In this document: piece by piece, positions 62,721 through 64,000 of the stretch | How positions within the stretch are numbered: the stretch's first letter is position 1 | Layout of the letters: each line of letters starts with the position of its first letter | Source of the DNA: Vulcanimicrobiota bacterium | GTDB lineage: Bacteria; Vulcanimicrobiota; Xenobia; Xenobiales; JADMJV01 | Length of the DNA: 64,000 nucleotides | Direction: 5' to 3' | Assembly (NCBI GenBank): GCA_050250895.1 | Contig: JBFWNU010000005.1 | Span: forward strand, 160,001 to 224,000 | Made by a program: the position numbers and the translations under genes | Notes under the pieces: generated by a model | Told to the model about the DNA's origin: nothing | Databases searched by the model: none | What the model saw: only the letters and a program-made list of their open reading frames with translations

Positions 62721-63141
62721 GTCGCTATCTCCTGGACGTGAATCTGATGCTGGCTCTTGCCGATCCGGCCCATGTGCATCACAACGAAGCGCACGGATGG
62801 TTCCGTGGGGTCGAGTCCAGGCTCTGGGCCACCTGCCCTCTGGTAGAGAATGGCTTCGTGAGAATCGCGAGTCACCCGCAGTACCCGAACTCTCCTGGGG
62901 ATACACAGGTCGCTCTAGGCTTGTTGCGAAGGATGTGCGCGAGTCCCGAGCACGAGTTTTGGCCTGACGAGGTTTCTCTGCGAGAAGTGATAGCGAGCTC
63001 GACCGTGCTCACCCATCGTCAGGTGGGCGATCTGTACCTTCTCGCCTGTCAATCCGCCGGGGTGGAAAACTGGCGACATTTGACCGCAAGGTTCCCGCCG
63101 CCTCGGTAGCGGGAGGCCCGGACGCTCTGGAGATTCTGTAG
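62717..63141 (+). CDS. vapC: VapC PIN toxin, frameshifted near 63045 (pseudogene or sequencing error)
   Basis: LLDVN.L.AL and WATCPLVENG; the conserved tail GGKLATFDRK..ALEIL* is in another frame ending at 63141. Confidence 0.75.
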
Positions 63142-63252
63142 GCGGCCCGCTCGGTCAGGGCTCGCTGCGGCAGCTAACAGAGCCAATTCACCTGGCAGCG
63201 CGCGACCGTAGAAACCCCAGGGAGGACCGGCGCGACTGCGAATCCAGCCCAC

Positions 63253-64000
63253 GTGGACGACAAGAACTTCCAGAGCTTTCTCGAGTATCAGCGAGGCCGT
63301 GGCGCGCTCGACTCTAGCGGGGCTTTCACCATCGATTACTCGAAAGCGCGGGTCAAGCTGGGGCGCTACCAGCTCGACGATCAGGCCGCCTATTTGCTCA
63401 AGCTGGTTCAGGCCGGAGTCGCTCTGGGGGCTAAAGAAATCGAGATTCGGGTGGCCACTCGCACCGTCGGGGTCGACTTTCTGGAGCCCGAGGCGAGTCT
63501 GAGCGCGGGAGAGGTGATCGAGCTCTTTCAGAAGCCTATCCTGGCCGGACGACCCAAAGCTCACGACTTTTTGGCCTCGGGTCTCAATGCCGCTCAGGCC
63601 AATCAGATCACCGTTCGCGACACCCGGGTCGGCTGGCGCTTAGGTCTGACCGAAGGAGTGGAACTGGTCGAAGAACAGCCGGACGAATCCCCTCGCCTGG
63701 CCATCGAAATCACCCGGCCCCGGAGCAGTCTCAATGCGGCCGCCCGGGCGGCCGAAGCGAAAGCTCTGACCGCTCGCTGCCAGTTTTGTCCGGTTCAGGT
63801 CAAGCTTGACGGCGTCTTTCTCAATCTGCTCTCGTCGGTTCCGTTTTACAACGATGCGCGCCACGCCGAGCTGCCCGGGCCGAGTCTGTACCTGGCCGAG
63901 GGCCTCAAGGTCGAGACCAATCTTTCGGGTCTGGGCCTGCCACCGCTGACCTCACGCCAACCTGGCATCGAGTATGTGGGCCAAACACGGATCGAGACCG
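63253..64000 (+). CDS. Partial hypothetical protein with a degenerate GHKL/Hsp90-like N-terminus (runs off the window)
   Basis: Open frame from GTG 63253 to the window end: DSSGAFTID..KA..KL..YQL, YLLKLVQAG and C.FCPV.V.LDG. Absent from the ORF track because it has no stop. Confidence 0.65.
   Translation, partial: MDDKNFQSFLEYQRGRGALDSSGAFTIDYSKARVKLGRYQLDDQAAYLLKLVQAGVALGAKEIEIRVATRTVGVDFLEPEASLSAGEVIELFQKPILAGRPKAHDFLASGLNAAQANQITVRDTRVGWRLGLTEGVELVEEQPDESPRLAIEITRPRSSLNAAARAAEAKALTARCQFCPVQVKLDGVFLNLLSSVPFYNDARHAELPGPSLYLAEGLKVETNLSGLGLPPLTSRQPGIEYVGQTRIET

Overview
GC-rich bacterial chromosomal window. The multicopy 'CxxNLKxxGTALEMYSTD' pilin-like family resembles, from memory, Vulcanimicrobiota/Eremiobacterota-type genomes; this is an inference. 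0-12 kb: accessory genes, including an HTTM pair, six paralogous non-canonical pilin-like genes, a PlsC-like acyltransferase, WGR, TerB, GH18-like, ureidoglycine aminohydrolase and ankyrin proteins. 12.4-35.2 kb: a compact hybrid NRPS/PKS cluster with sulfotransferase-A-PCP, an amidinotransferase/DDAH-fold enzyme, a carbamoyltransferase, KS-AT-ACP-Cy-A-PCP-Ox, an FkbHIJK cassette without FkbG, C-A-PCP, C-A-PCP-TE with a Cys-nucleophile TE, and an ABC exporter. 35-64 kb: an RRM protein, an acyl-CoA carboxylase/dehydrogenase/BKACE operon, three VapBC modules, lipoproteins, a CHAT protease, a PqqD/RRE-Cys-rich fusion, a NuoEF fusion plus a selenocysteine formate dehydrogenase (in-frame UGA with SECIS), and IcmF. 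Main hunt results: (1) the BGC combining a sulfotransferase, a Cys-TE and a predicted beta-amino-acid module; (2) a conserved promoter-like motif (TYSTTTMA-N11-TANNNT) at five dispersed loci, four of them genes with a Pro/Ala-rich N-terminal leader; (3) a perfect FNR box at -41.5 driving an unannotated ~170-nt transcript. Three apparent single-base frameshifts may be assembly errors. All calls come from motif recognition by eye; no searches were run.
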